A DNA stretch of 64,000 bases, from the IMG/VR virus record IMGVR_UViG_3300037089_000634; one strand, given 5' to 3'. Under the pieces are notes generated by a model. It was not told the origin of the DNA, made no database searches, and saw only the letters and a program-made list of their open reading frames with translations. The position numbers and the translations under genes are program-made. This stretch comes from a virus. Below, piece by piece: positions 27,948 through 36,616 of this stretch. Numbering within the stretch: position 1 is the stretch's first letter; every line of letters begins with the position of its first letter.

Positions 27948-28110
27948 AGGATAGCAACATGGTATTCAACCCGATAATGTCAATCCTGCCAATCATAATG
28001 GCAAATAACAGTATGCAAATGATGTTGCACAACCAGCGGATGCAGGACGAAGAAGATCAGAGAAGGCGCAGGAGGATCCATGAAGAAGAAGATCGAAAGC
28101 GCAACGAAAG

Positions 28111-28332
28111 ATGACAAAAACTTTCACAATAGATTTCCACGACATCAGCGATGTTCAGCCTGGTAAAAAAGTTCAGTTTTGCTATGTTCTTGTCAACAAG
28201 GACCTCGAACTTCGGACGGCTTGGTGGGATCCTAGTGATAACGGCTTTTGGAACAGCATGGCTGAAGATGCCATGGGCGTAGGTGATGTCCATTACTGGG
28301 CCCTAAGTAAGGAAGTAAAAGTTTCAAGATAA
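28111..28332 (+). CDS. hypothetical protein (73 aa)
   Basis: ORF. Confidence 0.4.
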   Translation: MTKTFTIDFHDISDVQPGKKVQFCYVLVNKDLELRTAWWDPSDNGFWNSMAEDAMGVGDVHYWALSKEVKVSR

Positions 28333-28337
28333 ACTCT

Positions 28338-28679
28338 ATGGGATTCACTTTCAATGGAGTTAAACCTGGCGAGTTCTATGAGTCGAGTAGCTTTGGGCCG
28401 ACGGATTTCATGTGGATTATTAAAGACTATTCCACGTCTGAACCTTCACATGCTTACGAAGACGACACAATACAGGTTCATACTTTTGAACACGCCTTTG
28501 ATACAAAATTCAAAACTCTTGTCCTCAACAGATTCATAACCTCGAATTCATGGTATTCTATTGGTTATGAAGATGCTGAGTATTCGTTGAGCACTAAAGA
28601 TCCGAATCGTGTTTTGATTGAGTGTATATTTAAAGCAGATAAGATAATTGGGAAGATGAAGAAGAAAATAGAGAGTTGA
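28338..28679 (+). CDS. hypothetical protein (113 aa)
   Basis: ORF; its stop overlaps the tRNA-Ser 5' end. Confidence 0.45.
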   Translation: MGFTFNGVKPGEFYESSSFGPTDFMWIIKDYSTSEPSHAYEDDTIQVHTFEHAFDTKFKTLVLNRFITSNSWYSIGYEDAEYSLSTKDPNRVLIECIFKADKIIGKMKKKIES

Positions 28680-28756
28680 CGGAGTTCGGTTAATCGTCGC
28701 CGCCCTGAAAGCGGATGGGTGTAACAGCCACGGGGGTTCAAATCCCTCACTCTCTG
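28670..28756 (+). tRNA. tRNA-Ser, anticodon TGA (type II, discriminator G)
   Basis: Acceptor AGAGAGT/ACTCTCT, D stem GACG/CGTC, anticodon stem CCGC/GCGG with loop CCTGAAA, long variable arm, T arm GGGGG-TTCAAAT-CCCTC. Confidence 0.65.
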
Positions 28757-28757
28757 T

Positions 28758-28991
28758 ATGGATAACGATACATATGAAGTTCTTTGGGAAAATTGGGTAA
28801 TCGCTAACGGCACGATTGATGAGTTCATAGCTAAATTCCAACATTGGAAAGAAGTATTTACGAAAAAGGGCTACAAAGAAATCTATTTGATGAGCCCTAA
28901 AGATTTAGGAAACGAACACTATACTTTAACTGATGGACGGCCCAAAGATACACCAATGCATACTTCTTTCTACGTTGTTGGAAAGAAGTAG
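28758..28991 (+). CDS. hypothetical protein (77 aa)
   Basis: ORF. Confidence 0.45.
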   Translation: MDNDTYEVLWENWVIANGTIDEFIAKFQHWKEVFTKKGYKEIYLMSPKDLGNEHYTLTDGRPKDTPMHTSFYVVGKK

Positions 28992-29002
28992 CACTTTCTC
29001 CA

Positions 29003-29728
29003 TTGCCAATGCATCACAAAAGAATATGCGAAAAATTTATTTGCCCTAAATGTAATCAGGAAATAAAAAGTAGCCGACAAAAGCATTTATCTTACTGCAC
29101 AGGCCAAGGTCCTCGAAGACTAGTTGTTCACACTTATGGATGTAAGCGAGGCTCAAAAGAATTTTCTAAGAGAATCTCTGAAGGGATTAAAAATAGATAT
29201 CTTAATGACTCTGATTACAAAAACAGAATTCTTAGGTCTAGAATAAAAAATGGGACTCTTAATAATAGCTGGGACAAAGTAAGTCCTGAAAACAAAAAAC
29301 TTCAATCTGAGCGAGCAAGATTTAATATACAAAGACGATATGAAAACGGATGGGATCCTAAGGCTGGCCGAGCCCCAAAATACAAATATAGAGATTTTAC
29401 AGTAGATGGAAGTTGGGAACTAACTTTTTGTGAATGGGCCGACAAGAGTAATATAAGTTTCTCAAGAAACAAGCAGAGATTTGATTATATCGACGAGGCA
29501 GGAATTCACAGAAAATATAAACCCGATTTTTTAATAGATGATGTTTATGTAGAGGTAAAAGGATACGAAACAGAAAGAGATAGATGTAAGTGGAAAAGCT
29601 TTCCGCATAATTTGATAGTATTGAAAAGACCAGAAATAAAAATGATAAGAAAAGGTCTGTTTACAATAAAAGACCTTTTTGAACACAAATGGGGTGATGC
29701 CGTAATTGGTAGCGGAGAAGATTGCTAA
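29003..29728 (+). CDS. putative PD-(D/E)xK endonuclease with N-terminal zinc finger
   Basis: CPKCNQ...C; KPDFLIDDVYVEVKGYE fits PD..(D/E)xK; the last 38 nt overlap tRNA-Ser. Confidence 0.5.
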   Translation: MPMHHKRICEKFICPKCNQEIKSSRQKHLSYCTGQGPRRLVVHTYGCKRGSKEFSKRISEGIKNRYLNDSDYKNRILRSRIKNGTLNNSWDKVSPENKKLQSERARFNIQRRYENGWDPKAGRAPKYKYRDFTVDGSWELTFCEWADKSNISFSRNKQRFDYIDEAGIHRKYKPDFLIDDVYVEVKGYETERDRCKWKSFPHNLIVLKRPEIKMIRKGLFTIKDLFEHKWGDAVIGSGEDC

Positions 29729-29782
29729 TCTTCCAGCGGGCCTAATCAGGAACGCTTCCGGGTTCGAGTCCCGGTCATCCCG
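29691..29782 (+). tRNA. tRNA-Ser, anticodon GCT (type II)
   Basis: Acceptor GGGGTGA/TCATCCC, D stem CCG/CGG, anticodon stem GAAGA/TCTTC with loop TTGCTAA, extended variable arm, T arm CCGGG-TTCGAGT-CCCGG, discriminator G. Confidence 0.7.
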
Positions 29783-29805
29783 GATAATATTATGAAGGTG
29801 ATAAT

Positions 29806-30882
29806 ATGGATGAGAACGAAATAGTCGAGACAGTAGAAGACACGTTAGATAATTTCGGGACAGAACTAAGAGAAGACGGAGATGAGGGAAAACAAGCTCC
29901 CTCACCTTGCGGTGTAGCAGAAGACTCTCCGAAAAAATCTTTTAATTATATTCAGTGGACTAATCTTGGGGACGGTGTTTATACACATACTGGGCGCACA
30001 CAGAAAGCTTTAGATCCATCAGCTTATAGTCTCTTCGAAGATAACCATGGCACTATATATCTTCGAAAAGAAGATGTCAATTCCGATGAGCTTATTGAAT
30101 TCAAAGACTCAATTACCGATCAAATTCTTTCAGAAATTGAAACATTCTGGGGTGCAAAAGAGATATTCCAACATTATGGATTCTTGCATAGGCGAGGATA
30201 TCTTTTCTACGGCAAAGCTGGCTGTGGTAAATCTGGAATCATTTATTTGATCATTAATAAGATCATCAAACGCGGCGGTATAGTTTTATTTTGTGATCAT
30301 CCCAAAATGCTTTCAGAAGAAGTAAAGATCATTCGTCATATCGAGCCACATAAACACATCGTATGTGTCTTTGAAGATATTGATGCTATTATAGCCAAGC
30401 ATGGCGAGAATGGTGTCCTATCATTTTTAGATGGCGAATCACAGGCTGATGATATTCTCAATATTGCCACCACCAATTATCCTGAGCGACTTGATAAGAG
30501 GATCGTGGCAAGGCCGAGAAGGTTTGATAGACGCATTAAGATCAATCCTCCCAGTGCTTCAATACGACAAGAATTTTTCACTAAGAAGCTTGGTATAACT
30601 GAAGATATTGATAAATGGGTTAAGGCAAGCGAAGGTTTCTCCTTCGCTGGTATGACAGAGCTAGTTATTTCGATCAAAGCTCTTGGAATAGAATTCCATA
30701 CGGCTGTAAAAGAAATCAACAACCTTATCAAGAAAGCGCCACCTACCTCAGAATCAGAGGGTGAAATTGGTTTTGGTAATGACGACGATGATGATAAGCC
30801 CAGACCAAAGAGGTTAAAAGATGGATCTGATGACTTCTTTATACCAGTTAGAAAAGCACTACCAGCTAGAAAAGAGTCGTGA
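29806..30882 (+). CDS. AAA+ ATPase
   Basis: Walker A GKAGCGKSG, Walker B VCVFEDID, acidic C-terminus. Confidence 0.7.
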   Translation: MDENEIVETVEDTLDNFGTELREDGDEGKQAPSPCGVAEDSPKKSFNYIQWTNLGDGVYTHTGRTQKALDPSAYSLFEDNHGTIYLRKEDVNSDELIEFKDSITDQILSEIETFWGAKEIFQHYGFLHRRGYLFYGKAGCGKSGIIYLIINKIIKRGGIVLFCDHPKMLSEEVKIIRHIEPHKHIVCVFEDIDAIIAKHGENGVLSFLDGESQADDILNIATTNYPERLDKRIVARPRRFDRRIKINPPSASIRQEFFTKKLGITEDIDKWVKASEGFSFAGMTELVISIKALGIEFHTAVKEINNLIKKAPPTSESEGEIGFGNDDDDDKPRPKRLKDGSDDFFIPVRKALPARKES

Positions 30883-31205
30883 TGTTTGACAAAAAGATTG
30901 AAATTCCTTGGCGACGAAGTAACGCAGGAAATGGCCCCGCTAATTGGAATTGGCCAACTCCGGGTCAAATTTGTTTGATCTATTTCTTCTATACTGGATT
31001 TAGTATTAGTGAATATGACGAGTCTGATTATCTTGGTGATGGTAAAAAATACACTGATCACGTGTTTTCAGACTATGAAGGATTCTTAGGCGATGATGAT
31101 GTTTTATGGATCCCTCTCAATGAGTTACCGCCAGTGGGATCTTTCAAGAGTATTCTAATACCCGATTCCTATCTCAAAGATCCTAAGTTTGCCAAAGATA
31201 AATAA
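30879..31205 (+). CDS. hypothetical protein (108 aa)
   Basis: ORF ending at the tRNA-Ser start. Confidence 0.45.
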   Translation: MMFDKKIEIPWRRSNAGNGPANWNWPTPGQICLIYFFYTGFSISEYDESDYLGDGKKYTDHVFSDYEGFLGDDDVLWIPLNELPPVGSFKSILIPDSYLKDPKFAKDK

Positions 31206-31290
31206 GGAGCTAGTCCGGCTTGGTCGAGGAACCCGTTTCGAAAACGGCTGGAGGTAAAATCTCTCGGGAGTTCAAGTCTCCCTGGCTCCG
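31206..31290 (+). tRNA. tRNA-Ser, anticodon CGA (type II)
   Basis: Acceptor GGAGCTA/TGGCTCC, anticodon stem CCGT/ACGG with loop TTCGAAA, long variable arm, T arm GGGAG-TTCAAGT-CTCCC, discriminator G. Confidence 0.7.
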
Positions 31291-31310
31291 TCAAAGCTCA
31301 AGATAATTAA

Positions 31311-31685
31311 ATGGGCACAGATACAAAAGCACTCTTCTCAAATGTCAATCGCGAACAAGTCATTAAGCTCATAAAAATGTGGGACCCAACAGCTAAAGTC
31401 AAATCGGGCGATGATTCTAATTCTGTCTATTTCAAATACAAAGACAATGATGATCGAATGCTTCATCTCAGCGACTTTTATTTTACTAGAGGGACTGATG
31501 ATGGGATACCGCCTAATGCTAAAGGCACTTGGTCAAGCTTTGGCGCTTATGGTAGAGCCGTTGAAATAGTCACGATGATTTGCTACATGTTTGGCGGCTA
31601 TGTTCTAGAAAGAGACATTGAAGACAAGCCTTACTATAGAGTCAACAAAAGTCGCCACAAATTCGTAAAACTAATATTTCAATGA
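31311..31685 (+). CDS. hypothetical protein (124 aa)
   Basis: ORF. Confidence 0.45.
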   Translation: MGTDTKALFSNVNREQVIKLIKMWDPTAKVKSGDDSNSVYFKYKDNDDRMLHLSDFYFTRGTDDGIPPNAKGTWSSFGAYGRAVEIVTMICYMFGGYVLERDIEDKPYYRVNKSRHKFVKLIFQ

Positions 31686-31969
31686 AAATAGTTTATCGAC
31701 CAGTCACGCCAAAATATAGTAAAGCTTATATGTACGCTCAAATTTCAGCTGGTAAGAGTAAAGTTTTAACGATTGAATTTACTTGTACTTTCAAATCAGA
31801 CTCATATAAATATGAGGTCGATAAACCAACTGGTTCCCTTACGTATAAAATTGAGAAGGGCCATTTAAGTTTGATCGACAACAAACATACGGCTAAACCA
31901 GAAGAGCTTCATACCATAATAGATGCTATATTCATAAGCGATAACGATATAGGTCCAGCACCCAAATGA
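31682..31969 (+). CDS. hypothetical protein (95 aa)
   Basis: Coupled ORF. Confidence 0.45.
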   Translation: MKIVYRPVTPKYSKAYMYAQISAGKSKVLTIEFTCTFKSDSYKYEVDKPTGSLTYKIEKGHLSLIDNKHTAKPEELHTIIDAIFISDNDIGPAPK

Positions 31970-32205
31970 AAGTCTATTTAAACAGACACGCAATAATATC
32001 GCCTATAAAAATTGGCGATAAAGAAGAGCTAGAAGTTATAGATACAGAATATCGCTACACTATAGGTGATAAAATATTTGTCTACTCTAAAGCACATCGT
32101 AAGTATCAATATGAGCGTAAATTTGGTACTAGACCTGAAGGTAAAGAAATATCGCCAAACAACATAATTGATAAAGAAGGTCTAGTAAAATTCATATGGC
32201 GGTAA
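31966..32205 (+). CDS. hypothetical protein (79 aa)
   Basis: Coupled ORF. Confidence 0.45.
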   Translation: MKVYLNRHAIISPIKIGDKEELEVIDTEYRYTIGDKIFVYSKAHRKYQYERKFGTRPEGKEISPNNIIDKEGLVKFIWR

Positions 32206-32507
32206 AAGTAATGCAACGCGACATTGTAAGGTCGCACCTTCATGACAAGACAGCTGAGTATTTTCGGACAGAATACTATTACTTAGTTGGTAATTGGGTC
32301 TTTACATATTCCACAATAGATCCTAAAAAAGTAGAAAACTATGTGACGAGTTCAGAGTGGCACAATGTATATGACCGTGTCATATCAAAGAAAGGGGCTA
32401 AATATGAAATAGGGTGGAAAAAATCAGAATGGAAAACTGTTAAGGAGATGCCCGATAAAGAAGAGTGCATAAAGTTCATCTTTAGGTGGTTCAGGAGGAC
32501 AAGATAA
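32196..32507 (+). CDS. hypothetical protein (103 aa)
   Basis: Coupled ORF. Confidence 0.45.
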   Translation: MAVKVMQRDIVRSHLHDKTAEYFRTEYYYLVGNWVFTYSTIDPKKVENYVTSSEWHNVYDRVISKKGAKYEIGWKKSEWKTVKEMPDKEECIKFIFRWFRRTR

Positions 32508-32513
32508 ATAGAG

Positions 32514-32795
32514 ATGGACATAAAGAAAGGTGATTATTTTTATCGATATAAACCAAGAAACGCAGGTGGAAATATATACTGGGATATAATTAAGATTGTA
32601 AAAATACAGGGCATATGGTTTAGTCACCGAACTGTGATAGACTTTACTGAGACTTCAAAGAAAGGAATTTTTTCAGTCACAGAAGAGCTGCTTACGAGTA
32701 TGGGTTGGAAGCCTCTCTTCACACAAGCTCATGATGTCGTTAGAGATATATTTATTCACGCTAAAGAATTAGGAGATAAGAGATTTTATATATAA
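32514..32795 (+). CDS. hypothetical protein (93 aa)
   Basis: ORF ending 1 nt before tRNA-Ser. Confidence 0.45.
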   Translation: MDIKKGDYFYRYKPRNAGGNIYWDIIKIVKIQGIWFSHRTVIDFTETSKKGIFSVTEELLTSMGWKPLFTQAHDVVRDIFIHAKELGDKRFYI

Positions 32796-32796
32796 T

Positions 32797-32889
32797 GGAG
32801 AGTTCGCCTAGTCTGGTTTATGGCGCTCGCTTGGAAAGCGAGTGATCGGTTTAAAACCCGGTCCGGAGGTTCGAATCCTCTACTCTCCG
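32797..32889 (+). tRNA. tRNA-Ser, anticodon GGA (type II)
   Basis: Acceptor GGAGAGT/ACTCTCC, anticodon stem CTCGC/GCGAG with loop TTGGAAA, variable arm GATCGG-TTTAAAA-CCGGTC, T arm GGAGG-TTCGAAT-CCTCT, discriminator G. Confidence 0.75.
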
Positions 32890-32901
32890 TATAGGTAACA
32901 A

Positions 32902-33219
32902 ATGTCATTAGACTCATGGGGTTCTGAAAAATTCAAATGGATAAAAGGCAAAACCTATTATAGACAACACGACGATCGTAGTCATCGAGCCCTAATGATA
33001 ATGCTCTTTAAGATTGATGAAATTAAAGGCAACTTTTTAATTGGTAAAGAACTCTTGACAAATCGGCCAATAAGAATTCATTACAAATCATATCAAGCAC
33101 AAGAGTTCGAGCCTTTGTGGAAAGACCGTCGTTATTTGATAAAACATTTTTTTGGTGACTATCTAGATGGTAGCGCTATTAGGACTTGGGATCCAAGTGA
33201 AGACACTGGATGGGTATAG
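32902..33219 (+). CDS. hypothetical protein (105 aa)
   Basis: ORF. Confidence 0.45.
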   Translation: MSLDSWGSEKFKWIKGKTYYRQHDDRSHRALMIMLFKIDEIKGNFLIGKELLTNRPIRIHYKSYQAQEFEPLWKDRRYLIKHFFGDYLDGSAIRTWDPSEDTGWV

Positions 33220-33379
33220 AAGGTAAAAGTGCTCGTGAAATATTCAATCAAATCAAAGGTTATTATGAACAGTGGAAAAAGAATGGACCTGGCATACGCC
33301 AAATTTTAGGAAACGAGGAATTCAAATACAACGTGATAAAAGAATGTTTTGAAAAACATAACATTATTCTTGATCTCTG

Positions 33380-33667
33380 ATGCGAAAAACTATAGTGGGA
33401 AGAAAGAAAGTTAAGAACGACAAGGATAAGATCCGACGAAAATTGAAGCAGATAAAGTCCAAAAGTAAATGTCATACTTGCGGCGAAGCAGATATTGCCT
33501 GTCTCGAATTTCATCACAAAGATTCCACTATTAAGAACGGCGAATTAAACTCAATGATCAGTAAGTTTACATACGATGAAATAATGAGAGAGCTAGAGAA
33601 CTGCACAGTCCTATGTTCAAATTGTCATCGGAAATTGCATTGGAAAGAAACACATGATATATTATGA
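33380..33667 (+). CDS. small HNH endonuclease
   Basis: CHTCGE...LEFHHKD...LCSNCHRKLH. Confidence 0.75.
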   Translation: MRKTIVGRKKVKNDKDKIRRKLKQIKSKSKCHTCGEADIACLEFHHKDSTIKNGELNSMISKFTYDEIMRELENCTVLCSNCHRKLHWKETHDIL

Positions 33668-33863
33668 CACATTTGGCTACACTATAAAAGACGGAGATAA
33701 AGGCTTAGCTCTGTTATGGGGACCAAATTATCTTCATATACACGACGAAGAAGACCTCATTAAGACAGGTTCTAAAAAAATAGCTAGTGAAGAAATTGTG
33801 CACCGGCTGATTAAAATATTGTTTGAGGAAAAACTTAAAGATCATAGAAACGAGCCCTCATAG
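33654..33863 (+). CDS. hypothetical protein (69 aa)
   Basis: ORF. Confidence 0.35.
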   Translation: MIYYDTFGYTIKDGDKGLALLWGPNYLHIHDEEDLIKTGSKKIASEEIVHRLIKILFEEKLKDHRNEPS

Positions 33864-34827
33864 CTCAATCTCAAAAATAATTCGAACGCTACTGGATAAT
33901 ACACTGTTTCCACAAGATAATTACATGAACATAGAATATTGTCCGTTTTGCAATTTAAGTATATCCGATCTAGATTGGCCTCTTCGGGCGAACCATGTTA
34001 GGTGGTGCAAAGAAAACCCCAAGAGAAATACTTATATTGATTCTGGCAAAGAAAAAGCTAAATTAATGTATGAGGCTAAAGTTAAAAAATACGGACAAGC
34101 GGGTTGGAATAAGGGTCTAACAAAATATACAAACGACAGTGTGGCCAAAGGCGCTGCTAATCTTCGAGGCAAGAAAAAGAAAAGAGATAATGAATATTTT
34201 GAGAATCGTAAAATTTACAAAGGTGCATGTAAATTTAGATTTGATGTAAGAAAATATTGTAGTGATGAAGATTTAGCTCTATTGAAAAAATATAAAATGT
34301 ATTCGCCCGGAGGAGGATGCAAGAAACCAGAGAATTTAGATGGCGTAAGCAGAGATCACTTATTTTCAATTAATGATGGATTAAAAAATAATATCCCACC
34401 AGAGATTATGAGACATCCAGCTAATTGCCGCCTTATTCTGCATAAAGACAATATGTCTAAACACAAAAATAGTATAATAACTTATGACGAATTAATAAAT
34501 AAAATAAAAAACTACAAATCGGCTGAATTTATAATTGAACAAGATGAAATAAATAAAATCAGAATAATAGAGATTACACCAACTAAAAAAAACAAAAAAT
34601 TAGAAAGGAGACGACATAAATTAGAAGTAAAGAAAGAAGCTATAGATAAAATCAAAAACCAATTAAAATCGTCCAACATTAATTTTAACAAATTTGGATG
34701 GGTTTCAAAAGCATCTGAAATAATAGGTATTCCTACTCAGCACGTTAATAATTGGATGAAAAAATATTGGCCAGATTTTTATATTAATTGTTTTATGAAA
34801 CAACCGCGCCTGTCGATCAACGGATAG
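33823..34827 (+). CDS. hypothetical Cys/His-rich protein (334 aa), possibly a DNA-binding or endonuclease-like module
   Basis: CPFCN..HVRWC pattern; GWNKGL motif like the WNKG repeats of the GIY-YIG ORF at 14895; the last 22 nt overlap tRNA-Arg. Confidence 0.45.
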   Translation: MRKNLKIIETSPHSSISKIIRTLLDNTLFPQDNYMNIEYCPFCNLSISDLDWPLRANHVRWCKENPKRNTYIDSGKEKAKLMYEAKVKKYGQAGWNKGLTKYTNDSVAKGAANLRGKKKKRDNEYFENRKIYKGACKFRFDVRKYCSDEDLALLKKYKMYSPGGGCKKPENLDGVSRDHLFSINDGLKNNIPPEIMRHPANCRLILHKDNMSKHKNSIITYDELINKIKNYKSAEFIIEQDEINKIRIIEITPTKKNKKLERRRHKLEVKKEAIDKIKNQLKSSNINFNKFGWVSKASEIIGIPTQHVNNWMKKYWPDFYINCFMKQPRLSING

Positions 34828-34877
34828 GTCCTGGGTCTACGAAACCCATAATAGGAGTTCAAACCTCCTCGGGCGTA
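34806..34877 (+). tRNA. tRNA-Arg, anticodon ACG
   Basis: Acceptor GCGCCTG/CGGGCGT, anticodon stem TGGGT/ACCCA with loop CTACGAA, T arm AGGAG-TTCAAAC-CTCCT. Confidence 0.75.
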
Positions 34878-34910
34878 AAATCAAGATAAATAATAAAGGA
34901 GAATGCGCAT

Positions 34911-35264
34911 ATGACAGAACAATTGACTAAAGCAAGTTTTATAGATAAAGTATTTGATTACGAAAATGTAGCTGCCTGGAAATTTAAAGGCACTTTACCT
35001 TCTATCATTGATTTCTGGGCTGAGTGGTGTGGACCTTGTAAAATGATCTCGCCTGTACTAGAACAAATAGCCAAAGAAAATGAAGGCAAGATTAACGTCT
35101 TCAAAGTAAATGTAGATCAAGAAACAGAATTAATGTCGTTTTTCAAAATCAATAGTATACCCTCTCTATTATTTATACCTGTAGATGGCGAACCAAAAAT
35201 GTCTATAGGCGCAATACCCAGAGCTAACATCCTAAAGCTCGTCAAAGATATACTCAAGGTTTAA
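34911..35264 (+). CDS. trx: thioredoxin
   Basis: WAEWCGPCKMISP active-site motif; 117 aa; RBS AAGGAG. Confidence 0.85.
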   Translation: MTEQLTKASFIDKVFDYENVAAWKFKGTLPSIIDFWAEWCGPCKMISPVLEQIAKENEGKINVFKVNVDQETELMSFFKINSIPSLLFIPVDGEPKMSIGAIPRANILKLVKDILKV

Positions 35265-35279
35265 ACCAAGATATATAAT

Positions 35280-35867
35280 ATGAAACTTTATCAGCTATCT
35301 GAAGATGCTACTAAACCTGAAATTGGTATTAAATATACACATACCAGCGAAGGCTTAGTAGTAAAAATAACTTCAGCCAAACGATTAGCCGTTGACGTTA
35401 TGAGTATAGACAAGCTTTGGAATAAACGAAACACGAGCAGACTATTAGATCAAATCATAAAAGCTACTATTAGGCCCACTGGTAAAGAAGTAAGACTAAG
35501 CTCTTTAAAAGAAACGGCTTATAAGTTATCCCAGTCGGAAGAAAATCTTGACATAGTTTTTTACTTAAGCCCCGGCTTTAAACTCGATGACCTATATAGC
35601 AACAAATTCAGCATAGAACGAGTAGAATACAGAAACACAAAAATAGAAGAATCCAAAAATGATGTTCAAGTCATATCCACACATAGAGAGATGCCAGATG
35701 ACCCATTGGTTGTAGTAGTTAGAGTAAAGGATCTTTACTATCGTTATAAATATGTAGGCTACGACGATCTAGAAACCTTCCGCTGGATGCTTAAAAAGGG
35801 TGCTGGCTTTAAGGCTCTTAACTGGTTCAAAAAGAAAGGCTACGAATACGAGAAAGTAGACAGATGA
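35280..35867 (+). CDS. hypothetical protein (195 aa)
   Basis: ORF. Confidence 0.5.
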   Translation: MKLYQLSEDATKPEIGIKYTHTSEGLVVKITSAKRLAVDVMSIDKLWNKRNTSRLLDQIIKATIRPTGKEVRLSSLKETAYKLSQSEENLDIVFYLSPGFKLDDLYSNKFSIERVEYRNTKIEESKNDVQVISTHREMPDDPLVVVVRVKDLYYRYKYVGYDDLETFRWMLKKGAGFKALNWFKKKGYEYEKVDR

Positions 35868-35882
35868 GAAGGTAATAATCAT

Positions 35883-36287
35883 ATGAAATTAAACGAGGCT
35901 ATAGAGGACAACAGACTAGATGAAGTCATTGGGCCTATTATGATTAGTGCTGCACTAATCTTATTAAGCAAAATAGTGCCTAGAGCTGTAAAGCTATTTA
36001 AGGTGTGGGCAGAAATCAAGCAGCTACGTAAAGAGGGTGAAAGACTAAAGGCCACTCAAGCCAAACAAAAGGCCGAAATGAGCGCTTTAGATCTAGCCCA
36101 CAAAATCATAGACACTCAAAAGGACGACCCTATCCTAAACAAAATCGCTGATAAAATGAAAGCAGCCGCTGAGAAGATGCCAGAAAAAGACCCTAAAGAA
36201 ATGCTCAGTTGGGTTAAACAAGACCTTGCTTACTATGATAAGATCTTCAAAGAGCTTATTGACTACGTCAAGAGCTACACTAACTGA
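35883..36287 (+). CDS. hypothetical membrane / coiled-coil protein (134 aa)
   Basis: TM helix VIGPIMISAALILLSKIV then charged helical region. Confidence 0.5.
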   Translation: MKLNEAIEDNRLDEVIGPIMISAALILLSKIVPRAVKLFKVWAEIKQLRKEGERLKATQAKQKAEMSALDLAHKIIDTQKDDPILNKIADKMKAAAEKMPEKDPKEMLSWVKQDLAYYDKIFKELIDYVKSYTN

Positions 36288-36565
36288 TGAAAGTAGGTGA
36301 CCTGTTCATTTTCATATATAGCAATAAAGAGTTTCACTTTTCTAGAGTTGAAAGTATAGCGCCTGCGACTGTATCTTCAGCTATTCCAGGTAAATACGTA
36401 TTAGTGCCAGGCATAACAATCCTTATGCTATATCCAGATCAAGGTGAGCTTAGGCAGTTTGCCTTGAGCTCACCATATTACAAACGATTTGAGGCTCTAA
36501 TCAAAGGCAACAAAAGCCGAGTTTCTAAGCGCCAAGTAATCAGAAAAGCGTTTAATCTCAACTGA
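36287..36565 (+). CDS. hypothetical protein (92 aa)
   Basis: ORF; last + gene before the strand switch. Confidence 0.45.
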   Translation: MKVGDLFIFIYSNKEFHFSRVESIAPATVSSAIPGKYVLVPGITILMLYPDQGELRQFALSSPYYKRFEALIKGNKSRVSKRQVIRKAFNLN

Positions 36566-36572
36566 CAAAAAA

Positions 36573-36590
36573 GGCCGCCAGAGAGCGGCC
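36573..36590. terminator. bidirectional hairpin terminator between convergent genes
   Basis: GGCCGC-cagaga-GCGGCC flanked by A-rich and T-rich runs. Confidence 0.55.
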
Positions 36591-36616
36591 TAATTCAAAA
36601 CAAAGGAGAAACTCCT

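Noticed and set aside
30477-31061. 194-aa minus-strand ORF
   Set aside because: Antisense to the AAA+ ATPase gene and the following + strand ORF.
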